This document shows positions 9,311 through 19,108 of a DNA stretch of 64,000 nt, piece by piece. The notes below the pieces were generated by a model. That model searched no databases. It was not told the origin of the DNA and worked only from the letters and a program-made list of their open reading frames with translations. Source of the DNA: Phycisphaerales bacterium (GTDB lineage: Bacteria > Planctomycetota > Phycisphaerae > Phycisphaerales > UBA1924); contig JAWKTB010000001.1 in the NCBI GenBank assembly GCA_041402005.1, positions 147,740-211,739 on the forward strand, written 5' to 3'. The translations under genes and the position numbers were made by a program. Every line of letters begins with the position of its first letter. The first letter of the stretch is position 1.

Positions 9311-10270
9311 GTGCCCGCACGCGAGCCCATGCCCAGATGCCCCCGGTGCGGGTACGACCAGTCGGGCGAGGTCGCCCGTTGGACCGACCAATGTCCGCTC
9401 CGTGGCATCTGCCCAGAGTGCGGGCTGGAGTTCCTCTGGCGCGACGCATGCCGATCCGAGTTCGGTCTGCCGGGCTGGGCCGTCGAGTCGCACCGGGGGC
9501 TCGGGGCGATTGTCGCCGCGTTCCGTGCCTCGTTCGTCGCGCTCGCGCCCCCGCTTTTCTGGCGCCGCCTCGAACTCCACCATCAGACCCGCCACGCCCG
9601 CCTCGCCTGCGTCGTCGCGCTGCTCGTCCTGAGCGTCTACCCGATCCGAGTGCTCGCGCAGCTCGCCGAGTGGGTCGGCCTGTCCACCCGCCAGGGCTTC
9701 GGTCCCTTCGGCGTCCGCCGCCTGCTTGACACGTACTCGTTCCCGATCGACGAGTTCTACTCGGGGCTGTACTGGCCCTTTGGCCAGGGCAGCACCATCT
9801 TCCTCGACGACGCGGGCATCGCCCTGTTCATCCCCGGTCTCACCGCCGCGATGGCGTGCGTCGTCGGTGGGGCGCACGCCAACTTCTTCCGCGTCCCGAT
9901 CCGGCGCGACCACCTGTTTCGAATCGCGCTGTACGCGATCCTCTTCCCGGCCGTGTTCTTCTTTCGTGTCGACGGGATGCTCAGCGCCGCCGAGTCGCTT
10001 CGGAGCGCCGTCCTGGGCGTCAGGGGTCCAGGACGGGGGATCGTCGACACGATCCGGGCGCTCAGAGATTCGCCGTGGCCCTTCACCTTTCTCCTCCTCT
10101 GGTGGCTTGTGTTCTGGCACGCCGCCCTGCGCTGGTACCTCCGATCCCCGAGGGCGCTCCTGCTGGCCCTGCTGGGCGTGGCGCTGAGCATCGCCGTCGT
10201 CTCCGGCGTCGAGATCGCGTTCCACGCGCTGCTCGTCCGCATCGACCCACCGACGCCGACGTTCCCCTGA
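9311..10270 (+). CDS. Zn-ribbon protein with a polytopic membrane domain
   Basis: [34 protein letters not shown], then several hydrophobic segments ([61 protein letters not shown]). Confidence 0.5.
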   Translation: MPAREPMPRCPRCGYDQSGEVARWTDQCPLRGICPECGLEFLWRDACRSEFGLPGWAVESHRGLGAIVAAFRASFVALAPPLFWRRLELHHQTRHARLACVVALLVLSVYPIRVLAQLAEWVGLSTRQGFGPFGVRRLLDTYSFPIDEFYSGLYWPFGQGSTIFLDDAGIALFIPGLTAAMACVVGGAHANFFRVPIRRDHLFRIALYAILFPAVFFFRVDGMLSAAESLRSAVLGVRGPGRGIVDTIRALRDSPWPFTFLLLWWLVFWHAALRWYLRSPRALLLALLGVALSIAVVSGVEIAFHALLVRIDPPTPTFP

Positions 10271-10314
10271 AGACACCGCCCGGGCGTCCCGCCCCACACG
10301 ACGTAGACTCTGCC

Positions 10315-11619
10315 ATGCCTACCCACGCCCCCGACCCCGTCATGGACATCCTCCGCGCCGCCGACACCGAGGTCGCCGACATCGTCGCCGCCGAGGCCCG
10401 TCGCCAGGAGACGACGATCGAGCTGATCGCCAGCGAGAACCACGCCTCGCCCGCCGTCATGGCCGCCGCCGGCACCGTGATGACCAACAAGTACGCCGAG
10501 GGGTACCCCGGGCGTCGCTACTACGGCGGGTGCGCCCAGCACGACGCGATCGAACGCCTCGCCCAAGACCGCGCCAAAAAACTCTTCGGATGCTCCTACG
10601 CCAACGTCCAGCCCCACTCGGGCGCCCAGGCCAACATGGCCGCCTTCATGGCGACGATGGAGCCGGGTGACACCTTCGCCTCGCTGATCCTCAAGGACGG
10701 CGGGCACCTCTCCCACGGCATGAAGATCAACTTCTCCGGCATCTTCTACAACCCCGTCCACTACGCCCTCCACTACGACAAGAACCACCCCGAGCACGAG
10801 CGGATCGACTACGACTCCGTGCGAGCCGTCTGCCGCGAGCACAAACCCAAGGTCCTGCTCTGCGGCTACTCGGCCTATCCACGCGTGATCGACTTCGAAC
10901 GCTTCCGAGAGATCGCGGACGAAGTGGGGGCCCTGCTGGTCGCCGACATCGCGCACATCGCGGGCTTGGTGGCCGCCGGAGTCCACCCCAGCCCCTTCCC
11001 TCACGCCCACGTCGTCACGACCACCACGCACAAATCCCTCCGCGGCCCGCGCGGCGGCATGATCATGACCAACGACGAGGAGCTCTCGAAGAAAATCAAC
11101 AAGGCCCTCTTCCCAGGCGTCCAGGGCGGGCCGCTCATGCACATCATCACCGCCAAGGCGGTCGCACTCGGCGAGGCTCTCGACCACGATTTCAAGACCT
11201 ACCAGCAGCAGGTCGTCACCAACGCCCGGACACTCGCCGCCGCCCTGGCCGCCCACGGCTACCGCATCACCTCCGGCGGCACCGACAACCACCTCATGCT
11301 CGTCGACCTTACCGCCCGCGACGCCAACCTCACCGGCAAGGACGCGGAAGGCTGGCTCGAGCGCGCCGGCCTCATCACCAACAAAAACGGCATCCCCGAC
11401 GACCCGCGCTCGCCGATGGTGACGTCGGGCCTGCGCCTCGGCGCGCCCGCGACCACGACCCGCGGCTTCAAGGAGGCCGAGATGCGCGAGGTCGCCGCCT
11501 GGATCGACCGCGTCCTGGGCGCGGGCCTCGAGGGCGAGGACAAGCTCGCCAAGACGGCCGAGACCGTTCGCACCGAGGTCAAGGATCTCTGCGCCCGCTT
11601 CCCGCTCCCGCACGTCTGA
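10315..11619 (+). CDS. glyA: serine hydroxymethyltransferase
   Basis: [45 protein letters not shown] (PLP lysine). The track ORF (9856) is over-extended; I chose ATG 10315. Confidence 0.95.
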   Translation: MPTHAPDPVMDILRAADTEVADIVAAEARRQETTIELIASENHASPAVMAAAGTVMTNKYAEGYPGRRYYGGCAQHDAIERLAQDRAKKLFGCSYANVQPHSGAQANMAAFMATMEPGDTFASLILKDGGHLSHGMKINFSGIFYNPVHYALHYDKNHPEHERIDYDSVRAVCREHKPKVLLCGYSAYPRVIDFERFREIADEVGALLVADIAHIAGLVAAGVHPSPFPHAHVVTTTTHKSLRGPRGGMIMTNDEELSKKINKALFPGVQGGPLMHIITAKAVALGEALDHDFKTYQQQVVTNARTLAAALAAHGYRITSGGTDNHLMLVDLTARDANLTGKDAEGWLERAGLITNKNGIPDDPRSPMVTSGLRLGAPATTTRGFKEAEMREVAAWIDRVLGAGLEGEDKLAKTAETVRTEVKDLCARFPLPHV

Positions 11620-11643
11620 CGCCGAGCGATCGGAGGGCAGCGC

Positions 11644-11940
11644 ATGACCTACGTGATCGTCTGGCGTTTCCGCCCCGACGCCGGAAGTATTGACGCGTTC
11701 GTGCGCGCCTACGACGCCGATGGTGACTGGGCACGGTTCTTCGCGACCGGCTCGGGCCATGTCGGGACCGAACTGGTCGATCTGGGTGACGGGTCGTTCC
11801 TCACCATCGACCGCTGGCGGACGCGTGAAGACCACGCCCGTTTCCTGAGCGCGAACGCCAAGGCCTACGAGGCCCTGGACCAACGCTTCGCCCACCTGTG
11901 CGCCCACGAGGAACGCCTCGGCGAAGGCGAGACCCGCTGA
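11644..11940 (+). CDS. small ABM/Dabb-like (antibiotic biosynthesis monooxygenase fold) protein
   Basis: 98 aa. The pattern MTYVIVWRFRP...FLTIDRWRTREDHARFL is typical of ferredoxin-like ABM domains. Confidence 0.45.
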   Translation: MTYVIVWRFRPDAGSIDAFVRAYDADGDWARFFATGSGHVGTELVDLGDGSFLTIDRWRTREDHARFLSANAKAYEALDQRFAHLCAHEERLGEGETR

Positions 11941-12001
11941 CCCCTGGCAACGAACCCTCAGCGCACGCGAGGGGGCTCCCTCGTCGTCAGAGCGCACGAA
12001 A

Positions 12002-12025
12002 AGCCCCCGGCTCGCGCCGGGGGCT
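12002..12025 (-). terminator. GC-rich hairpin between convergent genes, terminator for the minus-strand membrane-protein gene
   Basis: AGCCCCCGGC-tcgc-GCCGGGGGCT, a perfect 10-bp stem. On the minus strand it is followed by TTTTCG (complement of 11996-12001). Confidence 0.55.
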
Positions 12026-12079
12026 CGTCAAGAAAAGTCAAGCTCTGACTCAGAACTCAGGACTCTGTCCTGATTCTTC

Positions 12080-12688
12080 TCACGGCGCCGCGATCCCCGG
12101 CACGCCGCCGCTCACCGCCGCCTCCGCCGCCGGCCACAGCCAGCCGAAAATCCCCGCGGTCAGCAGCGAGAAGACGACGCCGTCGACGGCGCTGAAGAAC
12201 AGGTACCGCATCGGCTTGAGCTGGAACGTGTTGTGCCCCAGCGAGCCGAAGACGTACCCGAGCACGCACCCCGTGCCGACGATGCGGAACACGTCGAGGT
12301 ACGCCGCGCCCGCCGGCAGCGCGTGTGATGCGAGGTACGCGACGAACACCGTCACCAGGAAGAACTCGACGAAGATCGTCCCGAGGCACTTGGGAAAGCT
12401 CGGCATCGCCTTGGGCACGACGATGAACGCCCACGGCCCCTTCTTCAGATGCTCCTTGAATGCCTCCGACTTCATCTTCTCCTTGTCGTTGCCACACCCC
12501 GGGAGGTAGTACATCCCCGCCTCGGGCTTGGTCTCCTCCAGCGCCCGCGTCATCGGGCCCTCGTCCTTGAACGCCTTCATGTCCGCCTTGTGATACGGCA
12601 GCGCCATCCAGATGATCGAGCTCGCAATGAACACGACCACCGTCGAGATCACGATCGGCAGCCACAGGTCCAACAGTTCCACTTGCAT
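12080..12688 (-). CDS. hypothetical integral membrane protein
   Basis: MQVELLDLWLPIVISTVVVFIASSIIWMAL... with about 5 hydrophobic segments. The track ORF (to 13132) carries an Arg-rich 147-aa extension that I discard. The ATG at 12688 gives 202 aa. Confidence 0.6.
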   Translation of the reverse strand: MQVELLDLWLPIVISTVVVFIASSIIWMALPYHKADMKAFKDEGPMTRALEETKPEAGMYYLPGCGNDKEKMKSEAFKEHLKKGPWAFIVVPKAMPSFPKCLGTIFVEFFLVTVFVAYLASHALPAGAAYLDVFRIVGTGCVLGYVFGSLGHNTFQLKPMRYLFFSAVDGVVFSLLTAGIFGWLWPAAEAAVSGGVPGIAAP

Positions 12689-12870
12689 GCAATTCCCCTT
12701 CGGCACGCCCCGTCCCTGGGGCGGGTGAACGACGCATCCTGCCCCGGGGCCATGCCCCGCGTCAAGCCGGGGGCCGGGCGCGCGGGGGCCCCGACCGCCG
12801 ATTCCGCCCGAGGACAGGTGATTTCCCGTGACCGGCGCTCCCCGATCGGCTACGTATCTCCTCCGGGGAC

Positions 12871-13767
12871 ATGCCCTACCGCATCGATCCATCCAGGCCG
12901 CTCGCCGACGAGGTCCGGCGCATCGCGGGCGAGCAGCTCGGGCGCGCCCTCGACGCCATCGACTCCTCCAGCGAGGACGACGGCGTCGACCCGGTGCACC
13001 GCGTCCGCGTCTGCGCCAAGCGGCTCCGAGCGATGCTCCGCCTCGCCCGCGCGCCGATGGGCGACGCGTTCGGGGCGGAGAACGCCGTCGTACGCGACGT
13101 CGCCCGCTCGCTCGCCGCCGCCCGCGACGCACAGGTGGTCCTCGACGCGTTCGACTCGCTCTTGCCCGCCGACGGGCTCACGCCCGATCTGTGCGTGCTG
13201 CGCGCCACGCTCGACGCGCAGCGCGACCTCGAGGCGGCGGGGATCGAGGACTCGAGGGGCGCGCTCGCCGCGGCGAGACCGCCCCTCGAAGCCGCGCTGG
13301 CGCGTGTCCCCGACCTTCCGGTCGATGACCTGCGGATCGACGACGTCTGGCGCGAGTTCGCTTCGACGTACCGACGCGCCCGCCGGGCGATGCGCGACAC
13401 CCTGGCCGATCCCGCCCCCAGCCACTCGCACGAGTGGCGTTCCTGGGCGAAGCGCCACTGGTACCACGTCCGCCTCATGAGCCAGGCTTCTCCCAAGGCG
13501 ATGCGTGAGCGGGCCAGCCGCCTCGAACGCCTCACGGAGCGTCTGGGACGCCGCCACGACCTCGACATGCTCCGGGCCCGCCTGACGGACCCCGACGGCC
13601 CTCTGCACGCCCTGGAGGGCGCCGAATGGGCTCTGGTCCGCCTCGACAAGGCGGCAGGGCGTCTGGCGATCCGCAGCGCCCGCGAGGGCCTGCGCTTGTT
13701 CTCGGACAAGCCGAGCGAGCTCGCCCGCCCGCTCGCGTCCAGGTGGGCGCGTCGGGCCGCCCGCTAG
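12871..13767 (+). CDS. CHAD domain-containing protein
   Basis: VHRVRVCAKRLRAMLRLAR and HEWRSWAKRHWYHVRLM are the repeated His/Arg-rich helices typical of CHAD. Confidence 0.7.
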   Translation: MPYRIDPSRPLADEVRRIAGEQLGRALDAIDSSSEDDGVDPVHRVRVCAKRLRAMLRLARAPMGDAFGAENAVVRDVARSLAAARDAQVVLDAFDSLLPADGLTPDLCVLRATLDAQRDLEAAGIEDSRGALAAARPPLEAALARVPDLPVDDLRIDDVWREFASTYRRARRAMRDTLADPAPSHSHEWRSWAKRHWYHVRLMSQASPKAMRERASRLERLTERLGRRHDLDMLRARLTDPDGPLHALEGAEWALVRLDKAAGRLAIRSAREGLRLFSDKPSELARPLASRWARRAAR

Positions 13768-13900
13768 CGTCCGTCCGCGCGGCCTGCGCGCCCTGCGCCG
13801 CCCGACGCGCGACGATCCGCGCCATGGGGAGTTCACTCCACTGGCCCGCCCCGAGCGCCGGGGCATGCTTGGCTGGACAATCGAAGAAGGAGAGATAGAG

Positions 13901-14080
13901 ATGCGGACATCACCCAGCACCCCGCGCGCCCCCGAGAGTCGTTCCAGCCCCCGCCCCGACTTCTTCCCGGGCTGGACAGGCCCGTTCCGCAAGCCCCGCC
14001 CCGTCGGGCGCGACCTGTGCGTCGCCTGCGCCTGCCTGACCATGCTGCTCTACGCGGCCAGGGCGCTCGGCTACGTCTAA
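13901..14080 (+). CDS. possible small membrane-anchored protein (59 aa)
   Basis: Strong RBS (GAAGGAGAG) about 7 nt upstream of ATG 13901. C-terminal hydrophobic stretch LCVACACLTMLLYAARALGYV. No homology recognised. Confidence 0.3.
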   Translation: MRTSPSTPRAPESRSSPRPDFFPGWTGPFRKPRPVGRDLCVACACLTMLLYAARALGYV

Positions 14081-14126
14081 GACGGAATCGTTCTGACGAT
14101 CTCGACCCGCGGGAGACCCGTCGCGC

Positions 14127-14744
14127 TCAGTCGGACTTCTCGTGGTGGAAGGCCGGCATGACGTCGAGGATCTCGTCGACCAGCCCGTACTCGAGCATCT
14201 CCTTGTCGTCGAGCCACAGGTTCCGGTCGCAGTCCTTGGTGATCTTCGCCTTGGGCTGCCCGGTCATCTCCGCGTAGAGGTCGTAGATCCGCTCGCGCAG
14301 GCGGAGCATCTCCTTCGCCTCGATCTCGAGGTCGGTCGCCTGGCCCTCCATGACCCCCGAGAGCAGGGGCTGGTGGAGCAGGTTTCTCGCGTTCTTGAGG
14401 GTGTAGCGCTTGCCCTTCGTGCCGCAGGACGCGATCACCGAGCCCATCGACGCCGCTTGGCCGATCACGTAGGTGCAGACGTTGGGCTTGATGTAGCGCA
14501 TCGTGTCCACGATGCCCAGCCCCGCCGTCACGCTCCCGCCGGGCGAGTTGACGTAGACATGCACGTCCGCCTCGGCGTCCTCGTTGGCGAGGAACAGCAG
14601 CTGCGCCACGATCAGGTTGGCCATCTCGTCGCCCACCGGGCCGGCGACGAAAATGATGCGGTCCTTGAGCAGGCGCGAGTAGATGTCGTACGAACGCTCG
14701 CCGCGTCCGGTCTGCTCGATGACGATCGGAACCAGGTACGACAT
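14127..14744 (-). CDS. clpP: ATP-dependent Clp protease proteolytic subunit
   Basis: [33 protein letters not shown] (Ser), LLHQPL (His), DCDRNLWL (Asp). Confidence 0.95.
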   Translation of the reverse strand: MSYLVPIVIEQTGRGERSYDIYSRLLKDRIIFVAGPVGDEMANLIVAQLLFLANEDAEADVHVYVNSPGGSVTAGLGIVDTMRYIKPNVCTYVIGQAASMGSVIASCGTKGKRYTLKNARNLLHQPLLSGVMEGQATDLEIEAKEMLRLRERIYDLYAEMTGQPKAKITKDCDRNLWLDDKEMLEYGLVDEILDVMPAFHHEKSD

Positions 14745-14823
14745 GGCTGGTGGCTCTCCGTCTGTGGACCGGGGCTCGTCGGCCCCGGGGGTGTGCGTGT
14801 CCGTGCGCTCGATTCGAAAGAGG

Positions 14824-15423
14824 TCAGAGGGCGCTCTTGCCCGGGATCTCCTTGGGCGGCTGGCTGAGCACCTCGTCCACCAGCCCGTACGCCTTCGCCT
14901 CCGGGGCGTTGAAGTACCGGTCCCGCTCCCCGTCCGCCTCGATCTGCTCGACCTTCTGCCCCGTGCACTCGGCGAGGATCTCGTTGATCGCCCGCTTCGC
15001 CTTGATGATCTGCTCGGCCTGGATGCGGATGTCCTCGGTCTGGCCCGTCACTCCCCCGTAGGGCTGGTGGATCATCACCTTCGCGTGGGGCAGGATGAAC
15101 CGACGCCCCTTGGCGCCGGCGGCCAGCAGCACCGCCGCCCCCGAGTACGCCCGCCCGATGCAGTACGTCGCGACGCTGCTCGAGAGGAACCGCATCGTGT
15201 CGAAGAGGGCGAGCGTGTCGTCCACGCTCCCGCCCGGGGAGTTGATGTAGAAGTTGATCTCCTGAGCCCGCCTCTGGTTCTCCAGGTAGAGCATCTGCAT
15301 CATGACGCGCGAGGCGGACGCGTGGTTGATCTCGCCGACGAGGAAGACGATCCGGTTCTCGAGCAGGAGCTCGTCGATCGTCATCTCGCGGGTGCGCTGG
15401 TAGGTGACGTTGGCTGCCGGCAT
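14824..15423 (-). CDS. clpP: ClpP paralog (second proteolytic subunit)
   Basis: [32 protein letters not shown] (Ser), MIHQPYGG (His), [21 protein letters not shown] (Asp). The track ORF (to 15588) is over-extended; I chose ATG at 15423. Confidence 0.9.
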   Translation of the reverse strand: MPAANVTYQRTREMTIDELLLENRIVFLVGEINHASASRVMMQMLYLENQRRAQEINFYINSPGGSVDDTLALFDTMRFLSSSVATYCIGRAYSGAAVLLAAGAKGRRFILPHAKVMIHQPYGGVTGQTEDIRIQAEQIIKAKRAINEILAECTGQKVEQIEADGERDRYFNAPEAKAYGLVDEVLSQPPKEIPGKSAL

Positions 15424-15651
15424 GGGTCCTTCCCGCCTCCCCCGTGCTCGCGCGCCACGTAAGTCGTGGCGACTCAAGGGCTCGCGTGGCCGGGGGGTCG
15501 GGCCGGCGCGCCCCGCGTGGCTGGTCTTCGCCCGTTCCATCGGACGAACGCCCTCGGGGCATGATAGGAGCCGCCCAAACGGGCGCAACTGAGCCCAGCC
15601 AGATCCCAGTCAGAGAGGGGAGGATGGCCCGGACGGGCTCGATCGTGCGCT

Positions 15652-15680
15652 TTGCCGTAGGGGTTGGGGACCACTAGAGT
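15652..15680 (+). promoter_or_regulatory. sigma70-like promoter candidate
   Basis: TTGCCG (15652-15657), 17-nt spacer, TAGAGT (15675-15680), in the clpP / phosphoesterase divergent intergenic region. Pattern match only. Confidence 0.25.
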
Positions 15681-16573
15681 TGCCGTCCACGACCCCCGGG
15701 CCGCGTCTGGTCGCCCCGCCGGGCCGCCGTCCAACACCCGTGCCGCCCGGACCGACCCCGGCAAGACTGCCCCGGAGATCCAGCTTCGTGCCCACCGCGG
15801 TCATCAGCGACATCCACGGCAACGCCGCCGCCCTCCGCGCCGTCTTCGCCGACATCGCCAAGCGCGGGGTCGACCGCATCATCAACCTGGGCGACGTCGT
15901 GGGCTACGGCCCCGACCCGCTGGAAGTGATCGACATGGTCCGCGAGCGCTGCGCCTGGACCCTGATGGGCAACCACGACTTCGCGGTGCTCTACGAGCCG
16001 ACCAACTTCAACGCCGCCGCCGAGTCGAGCGCCTACTGGACGCGATCCCGCCTCGACGCCGAGCCCGACGACGCGCTCCGCGCCGAGCGCTACGACTTCC
16101 TGGGGCGCCTCAAGGTCCGCGTGCTCGAGCGTCTGCCCGACGCGAACGGCTCGCCCCCGATCCTCGCCGTCCACGCCTCGCCACGTCGCCCCATCAACGA
16201 GTACATCTTCCCCGACGACGCGATGGACGCCCCCGACAAGCTCGAGGCCATCTTCGAGCGCGTCGAGCGCATCGCCCTCGTCGGGCACACCCACGTCCCG
16301 GGCGTCTTCACCGACGAGCCCGACTTCTACCCGCCCACCGAGCTGGGTGACGGCGGCGCCTACAAGTTCCTCGACGACGAGAAGGCCATCATCAACGTCG
16401 GCTCGGTCGGCCAGCCCCGCGACGAGGACCCTCGCGCCAGCTACGCGGTGCTCTACCCCGACCGCGTCGAGTTCTTCCGCGTCGAGTACGACGTCCAGTC
16501 CACCGCCGACAAGATCCGCGCGATCCCCGAGCTGCACGACTGGCTCGCCGAGCGTCTCTTCCGAGGGCAGTAG
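15680..16573 (+). CDS. metallophosphoesterase (YfcE/MJ0936-like)
   Basis: AVISDIHGNAAAL, INLGDVVGYGPDP, LMGNHD, VGHTHVPG. The true start is probably GTG 15788 (VPTAVISDIHGN), because the first 36 codons are Pro/Arg-rich and overlap the promoter candidate. Confidence 0.75.
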   Translation: MPSTTPGPRLVAPPGRRPTPVPPGPTPARLPRRSSFVPTAVISDIHGNAAALRAVFADIAKRGVDRIINLGDVVGYGPDPLEVIDMVRERCAWTLMGNHDFAVLYEPTNFNAAAESSAYWTRSRLDAEPDDALRAERYDFLGRLKVRVLERLPDANGSPPILAVHASPRRPINEYIFPDDAMDAPDKLEAIFERVERIALVGHTHVPGVFTDEPDFYPPTELGDGGAYKFLDDEKAIINVGSVGQPRDEDPRASYAVLYPDRVEFFRVEYDVQSTADKIRAIPELHDWLAERLFRGQ

Positions 16574-16615
16574 CCCGCCGACCCGGTCCGCGAAACCCGA
16601 AGCCAAGCAAGGACG

Positions 16616-18877
16616 ATGGCCAAGAAGCCCAACACGCTGCTGAGAGTCGCCGTCCCCCTCGCGATCCTGGGCGGGGGTCTCGCCCTCGCGATCGCGATCG
16701 CGGTCCGCCCGCCGACGACCTCCAAGCCGACGACCCAAGGCGCCCAGTCGAGCGCTCCCTCGACGACCCCGGACGCCTCGACCCCAAGCGAAACGCCCGG
16801 CGTCGACGCGCCAACGCCTGTCGAGCCCCGCGAGACCGCCGACACAACGCCCTCGACGCCCCAGGCCATCGAGGGTCTCCACGCCCGCCCCGTCGAGGGC
16901 CAGGGCGATCTCCGCCCGCTCGGCTCGCTCGAGGAGGTCGACCGCACCGAGCTCTACGTCGTCTTCTCCCCCTTCGGCGCCGGCGTCGAGACCCTCAAGC
17001 TCACCCACGACTACAAGACCGTCGAGAAAAAGGAGCATGTCGAGCTCCAGCGCGCCGTCACCGGGCGCGAAGGCGCCGCCATCCCCTTCGGCCTGGCCAA
17101 GGTCACGATCAACGGGTCCGACGTCCCCCTCGGCGGCGCGGTCTGGCGACAGGACGCTTCCGACCCGGGCCTCTTCACCGCCGAGATCGAGGACGCCGAC
17201 GGGAACCTCGTCGCCCGCATCACCCGCCACTTCGTCCTCGTCCCGGGCTCGTTCAACCTCCGCATCGACCAGCATCTCGACAACCTCACCGACGCCCCGA
17301 TGACGGTCGTCTGGACCCAAACCGGCCCGATCGATCTCGAGAAGCCCCGCTCGACCTACGGCGGGGACAAGCGCCGCATCCGCTACGGCTACTTCTTCCC
17401 CCCCGAGAAGCAGGGCGCCAGCGCCACCGTCACCGCCGACAGCCGCCTCACCTCCCGCATGGGCATCTTCGGCCCACGCGACAAGGCCTCGGGCAAGTAC
17501 GCCCTCGACGACGCCGTCTGGCCCAACCGATGGAGCGAGCAGGACGACCTCCACCTCGTCTGGGTGGGCCTGACCGACCGGTACTTCGCCGTCGTCGCCC
17601 ACACCCCCGTCGACCCGGCCTCCCCGCCCACGACCGCCGACGCCAAGTTGTTCACCAACGCGCAGACCGTCAAGCGCCTCATGCTCAACCGGTCCTCGCA
17701 GATCAAGGACCAGGAGTTCCCGCCGACCATCGTCCTCCAGCTCACCAGCGCCCCCCAGACGGCGCCCGCAGGCGGCGCGTGCGACGCCTCCATCGGCGTC
17801 TACGCCGGTCCCATGGACCCGCGTCAACTCGACGCCGACCCCATCGCCTCGTCCCTGGGCATCAACGACATCGTCGTCTACAACTTCGGCTCGCTCTGCG
17901 CCGCCTGCACCTTCGGCTGGCTCACCCACGTCCTCCTCTTCATCCTCCGCACCCTCCACATGCTCACGCAGGACTGGGCGCTGGCCATCATCCTCCTCGT
18001 CGTCGTCGTCCGCACGTGCCTGCACCCGATCACGCGCTGGAGCCAGATCCGCATGCAGCGCTTCGGCGCCCAGATGCAGTCCATGGGCCCCAAAATCAAG
18101 AAGATCAAGGAGAAGTACGCCGACGACCCCAAACGCGCCCAGCAGGAGCAGGCCAAGCTCTGGAAGGAGGAGGGCATCAGCCCCGCCGGCATGCTCGGGT
18201 GCTTGCCCATGTTCCTCCAGAGCCCCGTCTGGATCGCCCTCTACGCCACGCTCTTCTTCGTCTACGACCTGCGCCACCAGCCCGCGTTCTACGGCGTCTT
18301 CCAGAAGATCTCGGGCGGGCACTGGCACTTCCTCGCCGACCTCGCCAGCCCCGACGCCGCCATCCCCATCCCCGCCTCCTGGCACTTCAGCTTCTGGATC
18401 TGGGGCACGGTCACCTCCATCAACATCCTCCCCTTCATCCTCGCCGGCGTCTTCTTTGTCCACCAGAAGTACCTGACGCCCCCGACCAGCGCCACCATGA
18501 CCCCCGAGCAGGAGCAGCAGCAGAAGATCATGCGGGTCATGATGGTCGTCATGTTCCCGCTGTTCATGTACGCCGCCCCGTCGGGCCTCGCCCTCTACTT
18601 CTGCACCAACTCCTCGCTCGCGATCGTCGAGAACAAGTGGATCCGGGCGCACATGAAGAAGCACGACCTCCTGAACGTTGACAAGATCAAGGCGGACAAG
18701 GCCCAGAAGAAGCAGTCCGGCTTCCTCGCCCGCCTCATGCAGATGGCCGAGCAGCAGCGGGCCGCCCGCACGGGCCGCCCCGCCGACTACGGCACGGGAC
18801 GCGCCGGACGCAACATGTACCGCCGCCAGTCCAAGAAGAACACCCCCACGAGACGCTACAAGAAACGCGACAAGTAA
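16616..18877 (+). CDS. yidC: membrane protein insertase YidC (long form)
   Basis: N-terminal TM, large periplasmic domain, then DWALAIILLVVVVRTCLHPIT, PKIKKIKEKYADDPKRAQQEQAKLWKEEGISP, GCLPMFLQSPVWIALY, and a basic C-terminal tail. Confidence 0.9.
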   Translation: MAKKPNTLLRVAVPLAILGGGLALAIAIAVRPPTTSKPTTQGAQSSAPSTTPDASTPSETPGVDAPTPVEPRETADTTPSTPQAIEGLHARPVEGQGDLRPLGSLEEVDRTELYVVFSPFGAGVETLKLTHDYKTVEKKEHVELQRAVTGREGAAIPFGLAKVTINGSDVPLGGAVWRQDASDPGLFTAEIEDADGNLVARITRHFVLVPGSFNLRIDQHLDNLTDAPMTVVWTQTGPIDLEKPRSTYGGDKRRIRYGYFFPPEKQGASATVTADSRLTSRMGIFGPRDKASGKYALDDAVWPNRWSEQDDLHLVWVGLTDRYFAVVAHTPVDPASPPTTADAKLFTNAQTVKRLMLNRSSQIKDQEFPPTIVLQLTSAPQTAPAGGACDASIGVYAGPMDPRQLDADPIASSLGINDIVVYNFGSLCAACTFGWLTHVLLFILRTLHMLTQDWALAIILLVVVVRTCLHPITRWSQIRMQRFGAQMQSMGPKIKKIKEKYADDPKRAQQEQAKLWKEEGISPAGMLGCLPMFLQSPVWIALYATLFFVYDLRHQPAFYGVFQKISGGHWHFLADLASPDAAIPIPASWHFSFWIWGTVTSINILPFILAGVFFVHQKYLTPPTSATMTPEQEQQQKIMRVMMVVMFPLFMYAAPSGLALYFCTNSSLAIVENKWIRAHMKKHDLLNVDKIKADKAQKKQSGFLARLMQMAEQQRAARTGRPADYGTGRAGRNMYRRQSKKNTPTRRYKKRDK

Positions 18878-18879
18878 CT

Positions 18880-18934
18880 CCCCTCCCCCGCTCCCAGCGG
18901 GGGAGGTGTCGAGCAACGCGAGACGCAGGGGGTC
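18880..18934. repeat. palindromic repeat, family C, copy 1 (intergenic, starts 3 nt after the yidC stop)
   Basis: cccctcccccgctcccagcgggggaggtgtcgagcaacgcgagacgcagggggtc. Stem CCTCCCCCGC/GCGGGGGAGG. A second copy of about 80% identity lies at 23873-23927 inside rimO. Confidence 0.85.
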
Positions 18935-18945
18935 TTCCGTCCTCC

Positions 18946-19017
18946 GCGCCTCCCTCCCTCTCCCCTCCGGGGAGAGGGCCGGGGTGAGGGGCTCCCGTCC
19001 TCCCTCCTGTCTTTCTC
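18946..19017. repeat. palindromic repeat, family B, copy 1
   Basis: gcgcctccctccctctcccctccggggagagggccggggtgaggggctcccgtcctccctcc. Stem CCCTCTCCCC/GGGGAGAGGG. A near-identical copy lies at 22196-22264. Confidence 0.85.
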
Positions 19018-19108
19018 TTCCACCTTCTTCCACCCGAGGCTTCGAGGACTCAGCCTCGGCGTCTCCCCCGACGCGCCACCTTCCAACCGGCTCATCTACC
19101 CTCCTCAC

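Noticed and set aside
10282-10294. 13-nt match to the family-A core (gggcgtcccgccc) just upstream of glyA
   Set aside because: It is too short and lacks the flanking CCCCCTCGGTGG and C/T-rich tail. In 70% GC DNA this could be chance or an eroded remnant.
7928-11997. Minus-strand ORFs 7928-10297 (789 aa) and 9757-11997 (746 aa)
   Set aside because: They are antisense to the MTase-fold paralog, the Zn-ribbon genes and glyA (PLP-Lys motif on the plus strand). These are high-GC artefacts.
12689-13132. N-terminal 147-aa extension of the minus-strand membrane protein ORF (12080-13132)
   Set aside because: The extension is almost pure Arg/Gly/Pro/Ala and overlaps the CHAD gene start on the other strand. 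ATG 12688 opens directly into a TM helix.
15674-19108. 1144-aa minus-strand ORF, the longest in the track
   Set aside because: It runs antisense to the metallophosphoesterase gene and to yidC, which have unmistakable motifs. Its translation is Gly/Arg/Asp/Glu/Ala/Val low-complexity, typical of stop-free antisense frames in ~70% GC DNA.
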